Source of the DNA: Candidatus Thorarchaeota archaeon
Lineage (GTDB): Archaea > Asgardarchaeota > Thorarchaeia > Thorarchaeales > Thorarchaeaceae
DNA: 35,512 nucleotides
Direction of reading: 5' to 3'
Assembly (NCBI GenBank): GCA_016839445.1
Contig: JAEOUG010000140.1
Coordinates: 1-35,512, forward strand
Below, in pieces: positions 1 to 10,036 of the stretch. A model generated the notes under the pieces. The model worked only from the letters and a program-made list of their open reading frames with translations, had not been told where the DNA came from and searched no databases. Position numbers and translations under genes: made by a program. Each line of letters opens with the position of its first letter. The first letter of the stretch is position 1.

Positions 1-28
1 CCACAACCCTGGCTGGTGGTTTGACTAG

Positions 29-2755
29 ATGCCTAAGAGTGATGATAAACACGTATACGTATTCGGCGACAGGAAGGCCGAAGGAAACGCTACAATGAAG
101 AACAAGCTGGGAGGTAAGGGCGCCTCCTTGGCCGGAGCTACCTTACTCGGACTCCCTGTTCCTCCAGGCTTCACAATCTCGACAGATGTGTGCAATCTGT
201 ATCTGCAGTCCGGCGGATTGAGTGAAGAAATCAAGAAGGAAGCAAAGGAAGCTTTGGCTTTCGTTGAGAAAGCCATGGGGAAGGGATTCGGCGACCCGAA
301 GAACCCACTCCTTGTCTCAACACGTTCAGGCGCAAGAAAAAGCATGCCAGGTATGATGGAAACTGTGTTGAATGTGGGCCTCACCACCAAGACCATTCCC
401 GGTCTGACTGAGGTGACCCAGAATGAACGCTTCGTGTACGACTCCTACAGGCGCCTCATAACCATGTTCAGCGATGTAGTCATGGAGAAGGGAGAGGGCC
501 TGCAGGTTGAGGAGGGCCACGGCATACGTGCACAGCTCGAGAGAATCCTTGAGAGGAAGAAGGAAGAGGTGGGCTGCGCGACCGATACCTGTCTCAAGGT
601 TGAGGACCTCAAAGATCTCTGCAAGAAGTACAAGGAGCAAATCAAGAAAACCCTTGGACGGGAGTTCCCTGACGATCCGTATGAGCAGCTGTGGGCAGCC
701 ATAGGGGCGGTCTTCAAGAGCTGGGGTGGAGCACGTGCCGTTGCGTACCGGAGAATCGAAGGCATTCCCGATGAATGGGGCACTGCCTGCACCGTACAGG
801 CTATGGTTTTCGGTAATATGGGCGACAATTCAGCGACAGGTGTGGCATTCACGAGGAACCCAGCATCAGGAGAGAACAAGTTCTACGGCGAATGCCTCTT
901 CAACGCCCAGGGAGAGGATGTCGTAGCAGGCATAAGGACTCCCAATCCAATGAATGAGGACAGCAAGAATGACCAGAACAAGGACCTTCCCACGCTCGAG
1001 GAGAAGATGCCTGTTCTCTACAATCAGCTAGTCGACATTCGTGATATCCTTGAGAAGGACTCGAATGATATGCTCGATCTAGAGTTCACCATCGAGCAAG
1101 GCAAGCTCTTCCTTGTCCAGCATCGAGTAGGAAAGCGTACGGCTACTGCGGCTCTGAACATCGCAATGGACCTGCTCCACGACAAATGGATCGATGAGCC
1201 GACTGCGATTCTGAGAGTGGCTCCAGAGCAGCTTGGGCAACTCCTGTACCCAATCATCGACCCCGAGGCAGAGAAGGAGGCAACTCCGATTGCCCGAGGG
1301 CTCCCTGCAGGACCTGGAGGCGCGATTGGGCGGATTGTCTTCACTTCGGAGGACGCGGTCACATGGTCAAAGAGAGGTGAGAACATCGTTCTCATCCGTG
1401 AGGAAACAAGTCCCGAAGACATTGAGGGCATGCGAGCGGCCAATGCTGTTCTTACTGCACGAGGTGGCATGACCTCACACGCGGCACTGGTTACGAGAGG
1501 ATGGGGCAAGTGCTGCATCGTAGGGGCCTCAGGTCTCGACATTGACACATTCAGCAAGAAGGTCACCATTCAGGGGAAGACCTACAACGAAGGAGACGTC
1601 TTCACACTCAACGGGACTCAGGGTCTGGTCTACGAGGGTGAACTCAACATGATTGAGGCCACCGAGAATCCCAGACTGAAGGAGTTCATGGGACTCATTG
1701 ACAAGTACAGACGACTCGGGGTCAGGGCCAATGCAGACACGCCAGACGATGCTATGGTCGCCCTCGAGTTTGGTGCAGAAGGTATCGGTCTCTTCAGGAC
1801 TGAACACATGTTCTACGGAGAGGGTTCGGATGAACCTCTGTTCCTTCTTAGGAAGATGATCATGAGTAAGACACGCGCTGAGAGAGCCCGAGCTCTGAAG
1901 GAACTGGCACCCTATGTGAAGGAAGACATCAAGGCCACATTGCAGGTCATGAATGGCTTGCCTGTCACAATCCGCCTCTTGGACCCGCCCCTTCATGAGT
2001 TCGTTCCTCAGAGCCGCATAGGCCAGGAACGTCTTGCTCACGCGCTGGGCGTCGACCTTGAAGAAGTCAGGAAGCGAGGAGAACAGCTACACGAAAACAA
2101 CCCAATGATGGGCCATCGCGGAGTCCGGCTGGGAATCACCTATCCTGAGATCTACGAGATGCAGGTGAGGGCGATACTGGAAGCTGGCGGCGAACTCATA
2201 AAGGAGGGCAAGAAGGTCCACCTTGAGATCATGATTCCCGTCACCATTGGCTCAGCGGAACTCAAGACACTGGAGCTTATTGTTGAGAGGGTCTATCAAG
2301 AGGTGAAGCAGGAGATGGGATTTGACATTCCGTACTTGTACGGCACGATGATAGAGATTCCCCGAGCCTGCATGCGCGCTGGTGACATGGCTCAGAGCGC
2401 TCAGTTCTTCAGCTTTGGCACAAATGATCTGTCCCAGATGGGCTTCGGCTTCAGCAGGGATGATATTGACAGCTTCCTCCCGGAGTATCTTGACAGGCAC
2501 ATCCTCAGGAACGATCCCTTCGTGAGCATTGACAAGAGAGGTGTTGGCCAGCTCATTGAGATTGCCATTGAGCGAGGCCGCAAGACCAGACCGGACATCA
2601 AACTCGGCGTCTGCGGCGAGCACGGTGGCGACCCAAGGAGCGTGGAGTTCTTCCACGAGATTGGACTCGACTACGTGTCCTGCTCTCCCTACAGACTCCC
2701 ACTGGCAAGGCTAGCGGCCGCACAGGCAGCTATCAAGGAGAGCCAGGCCAAATAG
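29..2755 (+). CDS. ppdK: Pyruvate, phosphate dikinase
   Basis: 908 aa; LGGKGA, PVPPGFTIST, NAQGEDVVAGIRTP, phospho-His motif GGMTSHAAL, GIGLFRTEHMF, FSFGTNDL, GVCGEHGG. Confidence 0.98.
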   Translation: MPKSDDKHVYVFGDRKAEGNATMKNKLGGKGASLAGATLLGLPVPPGFTISTDVCNLYLQSGGLSEEIKKEAKEALAFVEKAMGKGFGDPKNPLLVSTRSGARKSMPGMMETVLNVGLTTKTIPGLTEVTQNERFVYDSYRRLITMFSDVVMEKGEGLQVEEGHGIRAQLERILERKKEEVGCATDTCLKVEDLKDLCKKYKEQIKKTLGREFPDDPYEQLWAAIGAVFKSWGGARAVAYRRIEGIPDEWGTACTVQAMVFGNMGDNSATGVAFTRNPASGENKFYGECLFNAQGEDVVAGIRTPNPMNEDSKNDQNKDLPTLEEKMPVLYNQLVDIRDILEKDSNDMLDLEFTIEQGKLFLVQHRVGKRTATAALNIAMDLLHDKWIDEPTAILRVAPEQLGQLLYPIIDPEAEKEATPIARGLPAGPGGAIGRIVFTSEDAVTWSKRGENIVLIREETSPEDIEGMRAANAVLTARGGMTSHAALVTRGWGKCCIVGASGLDIDTFSKKVTIQGKTYNEGDVFTLNGTQGLVYEGELNMIEATENPRLKEFMGLIDKYRRLGVRANADTPDDAMVALEFGAEGIGLFRTEHMFYGEGSDEPLFLLRKMIMSKTRAERARALKELAPYVKEDIKATLQVMNGLPVTIRLLDPPLHEFVPQSRIGQERLAHALGVDLEEVRKRGEQLHENNPMMGHRGVRLGITYPEIYEMQVRAILEAGGELIKEGKKVHLEIMIPVTIGSAELKTLELIVERVYQEVKQEMGFDIPYLYGTMIEIPRACMRAGDMAQSAQFFSFGTNDLSQMGFGFSRDDIDSFLPEYLDRHILRNDPFVSIDKRGVGQLIEIAIERGRKTRPDIKLGVCGEHGGDPRSVEFFHEIGLDYVSCSPYRLPLARLAAAQAAIKESQAK

Positions 2756-2795
2756 ATACAGAGAGAGTCCTCACGCCATCACCAGGCACTCAATG

Positions 2796-3269
2796 CTAGG
2801 CGAGTTCAAGCTGTGATTGTCGTTTCGCATTCAGGTAGTTGAGAGTCCTAGAAGCCACAACGAAAACGAGACCTACCACCGGGATGATTGGCGGAGCGTA
2901 CACTGAAAGAAACGTCCGTGGCTGAATGAAGAAGTACTGAAGGAACACCATCCAGGCTCCAATGGTATAACTGCTAACCGCGAGACTCGCGACCAAGTCA
3001 ATCCGCCAATTGGCAAGTGATGGAGAGAGGATCAGCAGAGCGATGATTCCAGTCAGAAGCCAGAAGGGCGTAGCATTAGTGACAATCCTGATACGCCAGA
3101 AGTAATCATAGTCTGCTGCCAGAAAATACGTGAAGTAACGAGTCCAGCCAGGGGGAGGAGGATAATACGGAGACTCGCCATAGTCGAATCTGACTACGGG
3201 CAGGGCCAATGCAATCGCTAGAAAGGCCAGAAGGGGAATCAATCTCCACATTATGGATTCCATCTTCAA
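2796..3269 (-). CDS. Hypothetical membrane protein (~4 TM)
   Basis: 157 aa with several hydrophobic segments; fills the gap between convergent genes; start uncertain (several nearby Met). Confidence 0.6.
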   Translation of the reverse strand: MKMESIMWRLIPLLAFLAIALALPVVRFDYGESPYYPPPPGWTRYFTYFLAADYDYFWRIRIVTNATPFWLLTGIIALLILSPSLANWRIDLVASLAVSSYTIGAWMVFLQYFFIQPRTFLSVYAPPIIPVVGLVFVVASRTLNYLNAKRQSQLELA

Positions 3270-3442
3270 ATCCCTACCACCTACAAAACCACACTATGTG
3301 CCCGCTAATGTGTCTTCTTGTGCCAATGAGAACACCTGCGATGGCAGCAGCAGAGATACACGACAAGCAGTTGACGACCTCGACTAGCTCGGCGCTTTTT
3401 CTCTATTGGGCGCCCACTTAGAAAAGAGGAGGTCCTTATTCT

Positions 3443-3922
3443 CTAGGGTGCAGACCATTCTACTGGACCTTCATCGAAGCGCTTCTTCAGTCTTCCAAGA
3501 ACGACGTCCCAGGCCCTAACGAAGTACTCAAACGCCTTCTGCCACTGCTCCCCTTCCTCCCAGCCAAGATGCGCGATGGTGACTTCTGTAGTGTTCGCCC
3601 CCTTGGGCTCAAAACAGACAACCACCCAAGTCCTCTCTCCCCGGACCTCCGGCAAGGAGGGGGGATTGTTCCACTCGAACGACAGCATCCTTTCAGGCAG
3701 GAAGCTTAGCACCCTCATGCCATCGCTTCCCTTCTGCCCTTCTGGAGCATCAGGAAGGAAGAAGATCTCATACGGTCCGCCAATCTTGAGTTCGACATTG
3801 GAGTCAGGGGCAAAGAACGTCCTGACTCCCTCGTTGGTGGTCCAGCACGTCCAGACCTCACTAAGTGGACCCTGAACACGAACTTTCTTCACGATGGAGA
3901 GGTAATCCTTCAATTTCCTCAT
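3443..3922 (-). CDS. SRPBCC/AHSA1 (START-like) domain protein
   Basis: VWTCWTTNEG, VELKIGGPYEI, PERMLSFEW, TEVTIAHLGW and C-terminal WDVVLGRLK helix are typical of the AHSA1 family. Confidence 0.88.
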   Translation of the reverse strand: MRKLKDYLSIVKKVRVQGPLSEVWTCWTTNEGVRTFFAPDSNVELKIGGPYEIFFLPDAPEGQKGSDGMRVLSFLPERMLSFEWNNPPSLPEVRGERTWVVVCFEPKGANTTEVTIAHLGWEEGEQWQKAFEYFVRAWDVVLGRLKKRFDEGPVEWSAP

Positions 3923-4000
3923 CGAGACCGTTTGCTGACGCCCTCATATAGTTCTGTCTGCGCATGCCTTTCCTCCACCAGCACTCCAACCGCAATGGCT

Positions 4001-5146
4001 CTACCTCTTGGATGTCACAACAGCAGCGGCCACAAGGACAACTGCAATAGCGGCCAAGCCTAGCACAAGAAGAAGTGGCAACGGTTCTTCTGATGCACCA
4101 TTGGTGTGGCTCGTGTGGTCAACTGCAGTCTGATTGAACCATGTATCCGATTGGTACTCGTAGGTCCAGGTGTCTCCAATGGTGTCGAAATTGGACCCAA
4201 GACCTCCAAAGAGAACGCTCACGTTGAGCACGGAGTCATATGCCATTGCAGCCACAATACGTGAAGGAGGTGCGATGAGAGGAAACCTCCTAGACCACGA
4301 ATCCTCCTGCGCATCATATGCCCAGGTTCCATGCACAAGATGGTCATCTATCTGCCCTCCAAACATGATGCATTTGCCGTTCCTGACATCGTAGGTGATT
4401 GATGGCCACTTCAGGGGATCAGGACCGCTTGCGGGTTCTCTCTGAGTCCATGTCGACGCAGATGCGTTGAAGACCCAAGTGTCATCTTGATGCCCTTCAG
4501 ATCCCGTATTACCGCCCGTCAACACTATCAAGCCCACTGAAGAATCATAAGCCATCACGTGTCCGTATCTCGCCCTTGGAGCAGTCTCGGGATTGAGCTG
4601 CTGCCACTGCTGCACCGCGCAGTCGAAAATCCAGGTCTCATTGCACTCCACCCCATCTTCGTTGAATCCACCAAACAAGACAACTACGTTCTCTGTGGGA
4701 TCATAGGCAAGATTGTGGTAGTAGCGCGGACCTGGGTTCTGATCTGGATATAGGTGTGACCACTGTTGGCTGGCACAGGAGAATGCCCAAGTGTCAACCT
4801 GATGACCACTGCCACCGTACAAGATGATCTTTTGACTCAAGGAGCAGAACGCCATTGCGTGAGCAGCTCGATGAGATGGATGAGAGAAGGTGTCCAATTG
4901 ACTCCACTCATTCAGGGCCACAGAGTAGGTCCAAGTGTCATCTAGGGAGTGAAGACCTCCAGTATAGCTGAACCCGCCAAACATTACTGACACGTTGTTG
5001 ACTGCATCGAAGACCATGTCATGGCCCCCTCGCGCTTCAGGCGCCACATCACCAGTCTGAGCGTAGATGACAGGCGTGCTCGATGCATTCAGTGCAATTG
5101 GGGATAGCAGAAGCACGATTCCGATTACTAACTTGGCATTAGCCAC
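4001..5146 (-). CDS. Secreted, C-terminally anchored Kelch-repeat beta-propeller protein
   Basis: Six repeats of R..H.M.YD....VLFGG.....DTW.Y......W; N-terminal hydrophobic signal; C-terminal TM ending KR. Start placed at GTG 5146 after a GGTG SD-like site; the ORF is open to 5233. Confidence 0.88.
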   Translation of the reverse strand: MANAKLVIGIVLLLSPIALNASSTPVIYAQTGDVAPEARGGHDMVFDAVNNVSVMFGGFSYTGGLHSLDDTWTYSVALNEWSQLDTFSHPSHRAAHAMAFCSLSQKIILYGGSGHQVDTWAFSCASQQWSHLYPDQNPGPRYYHNLAYDPTENVVVLFGGFNEDGVECNETWIFDCAVQQWQQLNPETAPRARYGHVMAYDSSVGLIVLTGGNTGSEGHQDDTWVFNASASTWTQREPASGPDPLKWPSITYDVRNGKCIMFGGQIDDHLVHGTWAYDAQEDSWSRRFPLIAPPSRIVAAMAYDSVLNVSVLFGGLGSNFDTIGDTWTYEYQSDTWFNQTAVDHTSHTNGASEEPLPLLLVLGLAAIAVVLVAAAVVTSKR

Positions 5147-5322
5147 TTGCACCGCCCACGTGTCTAGCATTTCAAAGAGACGACTCCAGAATCCATACCA
5201 GCTTTCAGAATATAGGCATGTACTCCAAAGCAATTTCCTGAATCAGTAGCCATTCTGTCTTCCGAGAGCGCCTTCAGAAGCCAAATGCTCACGAAGCGGT
5301 GCCAGCCTTGGAGCTGAGGTCA

Positions 5323-5332
5323 AGACTTAAAA
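5323..5332 (+). promoter_or_regulatory. Putative archaeal TATA box (AGACTTAAAA) for tdh
   Basis: AT-rich box about 50 nt upstream of ATG 5380; the same AGACTTAWA core occurs at 10772-10781(-) and 33657-33666(+). Confidence 0.5.
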
Positions 5333-5379
5333 CCGGGTTCATTCGGGCTCAAGCACTAGAACCTGAGTCAGTGATTGCC

Positions 5380-6321
5380 ATGAAACGCATACTCGTGACA
5401 GGAAGCTATGGCCAGATAGGCACCGAGCTTGTTGGAGCGCTTCGCGAGAAGTACGGTGGAGACAACGTTATCGCGACAGGTAGAAAGAAGCCTCCGCAGG
5501 TTCTCACCGAAGAAGGACCATACTACCATCTTGACATCCTCGACAACACCGAGATACATTCCCTGCTTGTGAACCATGACATCAACATCGTGATTCACAA
5601 TGCTTCCGTCCTGAGCGCGGTCGGCGAGAAGAACCCTCAGGTTGCCTACAAGACGAATGTGGAAGGCGCGTACAACATCCTCGAGGCGGTGAGGTCGCTT
5701 GGCCTTGACCAGGTCATGATCCCCAGCAGTATCGCGGCATTCGGCCCAAGTACGCCCAAGGACAATACTCCTAATGATGTCATCATGCGTCCGACAACGA
5801 TGTACGGAGTGACGAAGGTCTTCATTGAGCTGCTGGGTGAATACTATACCAAGAGATTCGGAACTGACTTCAGGTCGCTCAGATACCCCGGCATTATTAG
5901 CTCAGAGGCCCTCCCCGGTGGTGGAACCACGGACTACGCAGTTGAGATCTTCTATGAAGCCCTCAAGCACAAGAAGTACACGTGTTTCCTCGCAGAGGAT
6001 GCAGAGCTCCCCATGATGTACATGCCAGACTGCATAAAATCCACAATCGACCTGATTGAGGCTGACGCGAACGCTCTGGTTCACCGGAGCTTCAATGTTA
6101 CTGCCATGAGCTTCACGCCGGCAGAGATTGCCGAGGAGATCAAGAAGCACATCCCTGAGTTCGAGATCACCTATGAGCCCGACTTCAGACAGAAGATTGC
6201 GGAGTCTTGGCCAAGGTCCATTGATGACTCTGCGGCTCGTGATGAATGGGGCTGGAACCCTGACTACGATCTTTCCGCCATGGTGAAGGACATGCTTGAG
6301 AAGCTCTCGAAGAGAGTCTAG
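5380..6321 (+). CDS. tdh: L-threonine 3-dehydrogenase (extended SDR / epimerase-like type)
   Basis: MKRILVTGSYGQIG, LSAVGEKNP, PSSIAAFG, RPTTMYGVTK, PGGGTTDYAVEIF, LPMMYMPD, RQKIAESWP are characteristic of SDR-type TDH; start moved to ATG 5380. Confidence 0.88.
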   Translation: MKRILVTGSYGQIGTELVGALREKYGGDNVIATGRKKPPQVLTEEGPYYHLDILDNTEIHSLLVNHDINIVIHNASVLSAVGEKNPQVAYKTNVEGAYNILEAVRSLGLDQVMIPSSIAAFGPSTPKDNTPNDVIMRPTTMYGVTKVFIELLGEYYTKRFGTDFRSLRYPGIISSEALPGGGTTDYAVEIFYEALKHKKYTCFLAEDAELPMMYMPDCIKSTIDLIEADANALVHRSFNVTAMSFTPAEIAEEIKKHIPEFEITYEPDFRQKIAESWPRSIDDSAARDEWGWNPDYDLSAMVKDMLEKLSKRV

Positions 6322-6397
6322 AATGATTCTCCCCTTGGCGGGACCAACACGGTTATAACAAAGGTCCAAGAGGCGCCTCCAACTGGATGGTGCTTCA

Positions 6398-8149
6398 TTG
6401 GATCGCAGACCGTACTACTATGCCCTCTTCATCATTACTATCATGATGCTGTCTTCATTCTACCTGTCATGGTCTGTGGATCGAGGACTGGGCGAGATAG
6501 CAGTCGAGAGATACAGGATTGAGGACACTACAGGAAGACCTGTTGACTTCCTAGTCTATCAGCCACGAACAGCGAATCACATTGAACCCATGCCGATTGC
6601 TCTGACGCTACATGGGCTGGCCGGATCCAAGGAAGGTATGTACGCGTTCAATATCGAGCTGGCAAGAAGGAACTTCACAGTTGTCTCTGTAGACCTTGCA
6701 GGACACGGTGATAACCCGCTTCCCTTCATCGTAGATGACTTCTCTGTAATGGCACAGGACTCTTACGCGGCACTGCGCCATGTCCAGGAAAACTGGGCGA
6801 ATGTTGACAACGAGACCTACGGTGTACTCTCACATTCTCTGGGCTTCAGAGTGGCTATCGAACTCAAGGACTATCCGGTAGCGCCTCGTGCGTATGCAGC
6901 GGTCGGGGACGTAGGCCAGATGGACCTAGGGGCGTACGTTGATTTTCCAGGAAATCTGCTGATTGCAGTTGGTCAGTTCGATGAGATGATCACGACCGAT
7001 GATGCACTCAATGCAATTCGAGTGGCCACAGGAAATGCATCAGCAGAAGCAGGTGTCACATACGGGTCGCTGAGCAATCAGACTGCTTACAGGCTTGCAT
7101 TCGGCCCTACTGACCATGTCTTCGAAGCGATAGACCAGACAATTGTGGGAGAGTCAGTGGGATGGCTCATTGAGGGAGTCCAAGGAGAGGGCCAGACAGC
7201 ACACTCGCTTGACCCGATGAGCCAGATATTCTTCAACAAAACCATAGGAATGGCGGGCGGCGTTCTCTTCATGCTCGTTTCAGCAGTCCCGCTGCTCTTC
7301 ATTGTCTACAGCTTCGTACCCAAGCGCCTCAAACCTGAAGAGCATCCTGTTGAAACCAAACCCTTCGGGTTGAAGAGGACCTTCATCTACGGCTCTATCC
7401 TAGGAGCGGTAGCTGTCACCATCTATACAGCGACATCTGCAATAGGATTTCATCTTGAGAACATCGGTCTCTACTGGCCGAACTCGATGTTCACCACTGG
7501 GCTCGATTTGTTCTACATCCTGACTGCACTTGCCATGACCACTGTCATGTACGCAATGCTTGGCAAGGACGGCTTGAAGAAAGCATTCGCTTCAGTGGGT
7601 GTAAGAGGATCCCTCAAGGAGATGTCTCTTGACATGCTCAAAGGGTTCTTTGTTGCAGCAGTGTGCATCGCTTGGCTGCTTATCTGGACTGCAATCTGTG
7701 GGCTTCCCGAGCTGATGCAGCCTTGGATTGCCTTGGCACTCGTGAAGTGGCCAGTCTGGGAGAGGGGCATTAACACGGTCATTGTGGCCCTGATTTCAGT
7801 TCCCTACTTGGTCGTCGATGCTGCAATGCTTAGAGGGCTCCTGATGAGCAGCAGAGAATGGAGCGGCGGACGCAGTGGCACAAAGAACATGATTCTTGCC
7901 TTCGCCAGCAAGATGGCGGTTACAGGTCTCCTTGCGGTAGTTGTGGTCTTCGGGACAACGGCCCTTGGGTTCATTGCAGGAAAAATGGTTCTCCTCGGAT
8001 TGCTTCTGCTTCTTGTCCTGATAGTCTCAATCCTGACGACCGCGATAACCCTGCTCTCGGCATCGCAGTTCAAGAACACTTGGGCGGCAGTTTTCATCGG
8101 AGCCTTCATGCTCGCAATTGTTGTAGTATCAAGCATGCCAATCATGTGA
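6398..8149 (+). CDS. Membrane-bound alpha/beta hydrolase (N-terminal TM, hydrolase domain, ~8 C-terminal TM)
   Basis: LHGLAGSKE, VDLAGHG, nucleophile elbow SHSLG, candidate Asp (GQFDE) and His (TDHVFE); hydrophobic C-terminal half; TTG start. Confidence 0.78.
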   Translation: MDRRPYYYALFIITIMMLSSFYLSWSVDRGLGEIAVERYRIEDTTGRPVDFLVYQPRTANHIEPMPIALTLHGLAGSKEGMYAFNIELARRNFTVVSVDLAGHGDNPLPFIVDDFSVMAQDSYAALRHVQENWANVDNETYGVLSHSLGFRVAIELKDYPVAPRAYAAVGDVGQMDLGAYVDFPGNLLIAVGQFDEMITTDDALNAIRVATGNASAEAGVTYGSLSNQTAYRLAFGPTDHVFEAIDQTIVGESVGWLIEGVQGEGQTAHSLDPMSQIFFNKTIGMAGGVLFMLVSAVPLLFIVYSFVPKRLKPEEHPVETKPFGLKRTFIYGSILGAVAVTIYTATSAIGFHLENIGLYWPNSMFTTGLDLFYILTALAMTTVMYAMLGKDGLKKAFASVGVRGSLKEMSLDMLKGFFVAAVCIAWLLIWTAICGLPELMQPWIALALVKWPVWERGINTVIVALISVPYLVVDAAMLRGLLMSSREWSGGRSGTKNMILAFASKMAVTGLLAVVVVFGTTALGFIAGKMVLLGLLLLLVLIVSILTTAITLLSASQFKNTWAAVFIGAFMLAIVVVSSMPIM

Positions 8150-8181
8150 GGCTCAAGTCAACCGAACTCATTGGCGCATGC

Positions 8182-8712
8182 CTATACCTCGTACAAGAAG
8201 AGGGAGGACTCCTCGTCTGTCTTCACCGGTGTCCATCCCTGAAGGAGAAAGCGGTAGGAAACCACGCGAGTCCCAGGTCTCAGATCGCGTGACAGCTTAT
8301 CACGGATCTTCTTGTTCACTTCGTGACCCTGATAGATAGTCACCACTGTGGCGCTTCCGACATCCGCACGGAAGAAGTTCTCACGGATTACTCGAACCGA
8401 GTGTTGTAGGTGCCGCCGCCTAATCTTCACCCACGACCACAGTGCACGGAAGGGGTCGACCTCCAAACCAACACACTTGGCGCCGAACTCCTCAGCTGCC
8501 ATTATGATAATCCTTCCGTCGCCAGAGCCCAAGTCGAAAACGACATCATCGCTCCTGACTTCTGCAAGCTCAAGCATCCTTCGGACATTCTTTCGTGGAG
8601 TGGGCACCCAAGGTGCCCCGACTGCTGCAGACCAAGCAATCCACACAACAAGGAGGATTACTAGAATCTCTAGAGTCAGGACGAATCCGTAAAACAGCAG
8701 GATGTTTGCCAT
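8182..8712 (-). CDS. Class I SAM-dependent methyltransferase, FAM173/aKMT-like, with N-terminal TM
   Basis: GAPWVPTP, DLGSGDGRI, GLEVDP, LRPGTRVVSYRF; hydrophobic N-terminus. Confidence 0.85.
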   Translation of the reverse strand: MANILLFYGFVLTLEILVILLVVWIAWSAAVGAPWVPTPRKNVRRMLELAEVRSDDVVFDLGSGDGRIIIMAAEEFGAKCVGLEVDPFRALWSWVKIRRRHLQHSVRVIRENFFRADVGSATVVTIYQGHEVNKKIRDKLSRDLRPGTRVVSYRFLLQGWTPVKTDEESSLFLYEV

Positions 8713-8738
8713 GTCTCTGGACTCCAGGTCACTCTTGA

Positions 8739-9962
8739 CTAGTCCTCGAAGACTCTGAATTCCATTCCTCGGTCTTTGAGCATCTTCAGCATCCGGTTGA
8801 GTGCCTGCCCATCAGGGACCTCAAGAATCATCTCCAACTCAGCGCGATTGGGAGCGATGTCAGGGTCAAAACGATCTTGGTTGATTTCGATGATACTCAC
8901 ACCAGACTCTGCAACCACCGATAGTACACGATTCATGCTTCCCACACGGTCGATGATTGAGCCCTTTACTCGCACCGATCTCCCCATCCTGAAGAGTTCC
9001 TTCTCTACAACGCGAGACATGAAGGACATGTCTATGTTTCCGCCAGAGAGCACGGCCACGGCCTTCTTTCCACGAACGTCTATCTTACCGTGCTGAAACG
9101 CAGCTAGAGCCACACAACCTGCGGGCTCAACAACAAGCTTCGCACGTTCCAGAAGCATGAACAGCGTCCGTGTGACCTCAAGCTCCTCCACGGTCCGCAC
9201 ATCAGAGAGAAGGTTCTTGGCGATTCCGTATGTAAGTCTACCTGGCTTCTTGACGGCTATGCCATCACACACGGTGTCAAGCTGGTCCACCTTCGTGATG
9301 CGGCCTTTCTCAAGTGAAACCTTCATCGACGCGGCACTCGCGGCCTCGACGCCGTAGATTTCGACATCGGGCTTCTGCTCCTTCACAGCAACAGCGATTC
9401 CGGAGACCAGCCCTCCTCCCCCGACAGGAACAGCAATCACTTCGACTTCTGGAAGCTCGTCCAAGATTTCGAGGCCTATTGTGCCCTGTCCGGCAATGAC
9501 ATCCTCGTCATTGAACGGATGCAGAAACGTGGCTCCTGTCTTCTCTGCAGTCTCCCTAGCATGAAGAAGAGCGTCATCGAAAGCACTTCCATGAAGGACA
9601 ACCTGCGCGCCGTATCCCTGTGTGGCTTGTATCTTAGCTACCGGGGAGAAGACTGGCATGACTATGGTGGACTTGATACCTAGCCGTGCGGCAGCGTAGG
9701 CTACACCTTGGGCATGATTGCCTGCGGAAGCTGCTATCACCCCCGCCTCCTTCTCCCTGTCAGTGAGCTGCGACATCGCATAAGCTGCTCCCCTCACCTT
9801 GAAAGATCCCGTCTTCTGGAGCGACTCGAGCTTAAGGTATACATCGCCTCCGGAGAGCCTGCTGAAGGTAGACGAGTGATCGAGTCTCGTGACGTGCTTT
9901 ATCCCTCTTAGGACCTCGCGAGCGTCGAGAATCTTGGAGAAGAGGTGCTTGTATTTGCCCAT
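8739..9962 (-). CDS. ilvA: Threonine ammonia-lyase (deaminase) with C-terminal ACT domain
   Basis: PLP Lys motif LKLESLQKTGSFKVRGA, ASAGNHAQG, PVGGGGL, LSGGNID; single ACT-like tail (about 400-aa TdcB/IlvA type). Confidence 0.94.
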   Translation of the reverse strand: MGKYKHLFSKILDAREVLRGIKHVTRLDHSSTFSRLSGGDVYLKLESLQKTGSFKVRGAAYAMSQLTDREKEAGVIAASAGNHAQGVAYAAARLGIKSTIVMPVFSPVAKIQATQGYGAQVVLHGSAFDDALLHARETAEKTGATFLHPFNDEDVIAGQGTIGLEILDELPEVEVIAVPVGGGGLVSGIAVAVKEQKPDVEIYGVEAASAASMKVSLEKGRITKVDQLDTVCDGIAVKKPGRLTYGIAKNLLSDVRTVEELEVTRTLFMLLERAKLVVEPAGCVALAAFQHGKIDVRGKKAVAVLSGGNIDMSFMSRVVEKELFRMGRSVRVKGSIIDRVGSMNRVLSVVAESGVSIIEINQDRFDPDIAPNRAELEMILEVPDGQALNRMLKMLKDRGMEFRVFED

Positions 9963-10036
9963 CGTGAACCACGATTCAGACGTGTTCCTAGACTCCCATT
10001 AATCGTTACGGTTCTCCAGAGACAGCAGGCAGATAA

